Below are positions 18,311 through 20,000 of a stretch of 20,000 nucleotides of DNA, piece by piece. This DNA is from an uncultured virus (IMG/VR IMGVR_UViG_3300046820_002883) (lineage: Duplodnaviria; Heunggongvirae; Uroviricota; Caudoviricetes): IMG/VR virus record IMGVR_UViG_3300046820_002883; one strand, written 5' to 3'. The translations under genes and the position numbers were made by a program. How positions within the stretch are numbered: position 1 is the stretch's first letter; every line of letters starts with the position of its first letter. The notes beneath the pieces are model-generated. The model had not been told where the DNA came from, made no database searches, and was given only the letters and a program-made list of their open reading frames with translations.

Positions 18311-18466
18311 CTATTTAGTAGTGTTTTCTAATTCAATAATGTAGTTTACATAGTATCTTCTCAAATAAATGGGCATAGTAAGGATATCACCATAAGCGAA
18401 TCCCCTTTTGACTAAATATAAAATTTCGTCTAATTGATTTTTCTTATAGTCCGTAGAAAGGGCGAA
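18311..18466 (-). CDS. Unannotated 51-codon reading frame: C-terminal 'T'-like segment of the tail assembly chaperone, probably reached by frameshift
   Basis: +1 frame relative to 18444..19193: FALSTDYKKNQLDEILYLVKRGFAYGDILTMPIYLRRYYVNYIIELENTTK-TAG. Fills the gap to the tape measure gene; no ATG until codon 31; the 'GF.Y.DI..MP...R' pattern resembles chaperone T segments. Confidence 0.75.
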   Translation of the reverse strand, partial: FALSTDYKKNQLDEILYLVKRGFAYGDILTMPIYLRRYYVNYIIELENTTK

Positions 18467-19193
18467 AAAACTCCACCCCAAAACCAACTTCTACATTGAC
18501 TTCTTCTCCTGACGGGGCGATTACTTTTCTTGTTAAATTAATTCCGGGTTTGTTTTCTTTGACGAATTTTCTAAAATCTTGAGAATCTTTGATTGGTAAC
18601 TTTTCAATGAAATTTCTAATATTCATTGGGTCTTTATTACCTGAAACACTTTTAATCATCATCTCTAACTGTTTGGTTACCACGGGAGCAACACCAATTC
18701 CATTCCAACTTTTTTCAATCTCATCGATTTCTTTTAGTTGTTTTGGTGTCAAAAATTTAAATGTTATATCAACATTTGATTTATCCATGTGATATTGGAA
18801 TTCATTATTAACATCGGGTGTTAAATTAAACTCTTTAAATTGTAATTCACTTAAATCAACTGTTGAGGTAAATTCTTTTTGGCTTTTTGGGTCCGTTAAA
18901 TAAAATGTGTATTCAGCACCAAATGCGGTATTTCTTAAAAAGATTAAGATTGCTTGTTTATCTTCTTCGGTTATTTCTTCCGGTGTGATTTCTCTATCTA
19001 AAACTTTTCTTCTCAATAATTCATCAACAACCCCATTGGTTGCAATTAAATTTTGTGCAGATAAAATGTTTTCATCAACCGCGGTAAGGTAAGCAACCCT
19101 AACCGATTTCTTTTTACTTTGATAATGTATACCTCTTGATGGTAATTCCACGACATCGTACGCAATCGTGGGGTCAATTCTGTATTCTTCCAT
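18444..19193 (-). CDS. T4 gp26-like baseplate/tail assembly chaperone (249 aa)
   Basis: VELPSRG..Y...VAYLTAVDENIL...DKQAILIFLRNTAFGAEY...VDLSEL and terminal EFF motifs; lies between the tube and tape measure genes. Confidence 0.75.
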   Translation of the reverse strand: MEEYRIDPTIAYDVVELPSRGIHYQSKKKSVRVAYLTAVDENILSAQNLIATNGVVDELLRRKVLDREITPEEITEEDKQAILIFLRNTAFGAEYTFYLTDPKSQKEFTSTVDLSELQFKEFNLTPDVNNEFQYHMDKSNVDITFKFLTPKQLKEIDEIEKSWNGIGVAPVVTKQLEMMIKSVSGNKDPMNIRNFIEKLPIKDSQDFRKFVKENKPGINLTRKVIAPSGEEVNVEVGFGVEFFRPFYGL

Positions 19194-19234
19194 AATTTAT
19201 TTTGTTATAACTATAACAATCTACAGAATTTAAA

Positions 19235-19269
19235 TAAAAAAGTAAAGGTCTCCTTTTGAGAGACCTTTA
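19235..19269 (-). terminator. Intrinsic terminator after the tail tube gene
   Basis: Perfect 10-bp stem TAAAGGTCTC (19243-19252) / GAGACCTTTA (19260-19269) with a 7-nt loop, followed by CUUUUUUAUUU on the minus strand. Confidence 0.8.
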
Positions 19270-19298
19270 TATTGACAGATTTTATTTTTATAATAATA

Positions 19299-19787
19299 TT
19301 AGTAAACTTGGATACATCTATCCATACGTAAAGACGCGGTGATATTTGCGATGTCATCTCTTGAATAATCCAATTCACCAAAGTTCAAATCTGTGATAAA
19401 TGTACCTTGAAGAATCCATTTTTCAACCACAACTCCCGTTGGGTCTAACATTTCTAATTCAATATCTTTCTTATAACCTGCCGCATAACCCATACGACCT
19501 GTTACAGATTCCGCATGTAAACGGAACCATTCCATTAACGCTTGGGATGCTGAAGGACCTATTGGGTCTTTGAAGGTTACTCTAAGTTCATTCCATTCAA
19601 AACGACCAGCAACATAAGTTGAAGTGTTAATAAAAGGGATTGCAACTGAGTTAATTTTTGCACTTGGTCTAGCTGCGGATGCAACATACCATTCGTTGAT
19701 ACCCAATGAAGAAGGGAATCTAACGATGAATCGGTTGACTCTTTTCGGTTCGTAAGGAACCGGCATTTTCATTAATAAATCTGCCAT
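19299..19787 (-). CDS. Tail tube protein (T4 gp19-like)
   Basis: YEPKRVNRF, ARPS, YVAGRFEWNELRVTFKDP, EWF, YKKDIELEMLDPTGVVVEKWILQGTF..LNFGELDY: the contractile tail tube signature. Confidence 0.92.
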   Translation of the reverse strand: MADLLMKMPVPYEPKRVNRFIVRFPSSLGINEWYVASAARPSAKINSVAIPFINTSTYVAGRFEWNELRVTFKDPIGPSASQALMEWFRLHAESVTGRMGYAAGYKKDIELEMLDPTGVVVEKWILQGTFITDLNFGELDYSRDDIANITASLRMDRCIQVY

Positions 19788-19830
19788 GTCTATTGTTTGT
19801 TTTTAATTTTTTTTTATTTACTTTGTTACC

Positions 19831-19838
19831 TATAAATA
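19831..19838 (-). promoter_or_regulatory. TATTTATA late-promoter candidate for the tail tube gene
   Basis: Exact motif 43 nt upstream of ATG 19787, followed by an A-rich leader. Confidence 0.6.
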
Positions 19839-19913
19839 TGTCGTTGTTAAAAAAATAAAAATTTCTTTCCAAATACTTGATTATGTCAAAAAAATTTCGT
19901 ATTTTTTCTCTAT

Positions 19914-19989
19914 ACTAGTACTAGATACTAGAAGTAAATTAACTAGATTAATAAAACTAGATAATAAAAAACTAGAACTAGAATACTGG
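19914..19989. repeat. Array of short ACTAG(A) direct repeats in non-coding DNA
   Basis: ACTAG starts at 19914, 19920, 19927, 19942, 19956, 19971 and 19977, plus the variant ACTGG at 19985. Confidence 0.9.
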
Positions 19990-20000
19990 AGCATATATAC

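Noticed and set aside
3587..19092. Numerous + strand ORFs of 60-154 aa (e.g. 4772..5059, 12015..12347, 16987..17451)
   Set aside because: All are antisense shadows of long minus-strand genes, with Ser/Leu/Ile/Phe-rich composition, mostly non-ATG starts and no motifs.
5303..19787. Extracellular contractile injection system or tailocin locus
   Set aside because: Directly linked to phage-type SSB, recombinase, exonuclease and helicase genes with no bacterial housekeeping context, so a phage is more likely.
5268..19838. + strand TATAAATA read as T4 gp55 late promoters
   Set aside because: They would fire antisense to every gene; their position just upstream of minus-strand starts favours the TATTTATA reading.
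19914..19989. CRISPR array
   Set aside because: Repeats are 5-6 bp with 1-10 bp spacers, far too short.
1..20000. Stop-codon reassignment, tRNA genes, introns or inteins
   Set aside because: ORFs up to 5.9 kb are uninterrupted under the standard code; no cloverleaf, intein or homing endonuclease motifs were seen, and the intergenic gaps are short.

Overview
Segment of a large AT-rich lytic myovirus (T4-superfamily-like contractile tail). The host is probably Bacteroidota, inferred from the absence of Shine-Dalgarno sites, A-rich leaders and TTG-N19/20-TAnnTTT promoter-like motifs. All credible genes lie on the minus strand. Read right to left, the tail module is: tail tube, gp26-like assembly chaperone with an unannotated +1-frame extension ORF, tape measure, 1607-aa tube-initiator-like protein with an OmpA-like insert, LysM/gp53-like wedge protein, and a 1958-aa giant hub-like protein. 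Three small genes follow, one of them Dps/ferritin-like. The replication/recombination module is: gp32-like SSB, UvsX/RecA, 5'-3' exonuclease, a hypothetical, and the N-terminus of a DnaB/gp41 helicase. The most notable observations are: (i) a probable programmed +1 frameshift at UUU_UUU_CGC producing a G/GT-type tail chaperone fusion; (ii) an apparently frameshifted C-terminus of the exonuclease gene; (iii) a dense ACTAG repeat array behind a divergent promoter-like motif (candidate origin); (iv) a recurring TATTTATA late-promoter candidate; (v) a hairpin with two competing folds between ssb and recA; (vi) cell-wall-related domains embedded in the giant baseplate proteins. Functional calls come from motif recognition by eye; no database searches were run.
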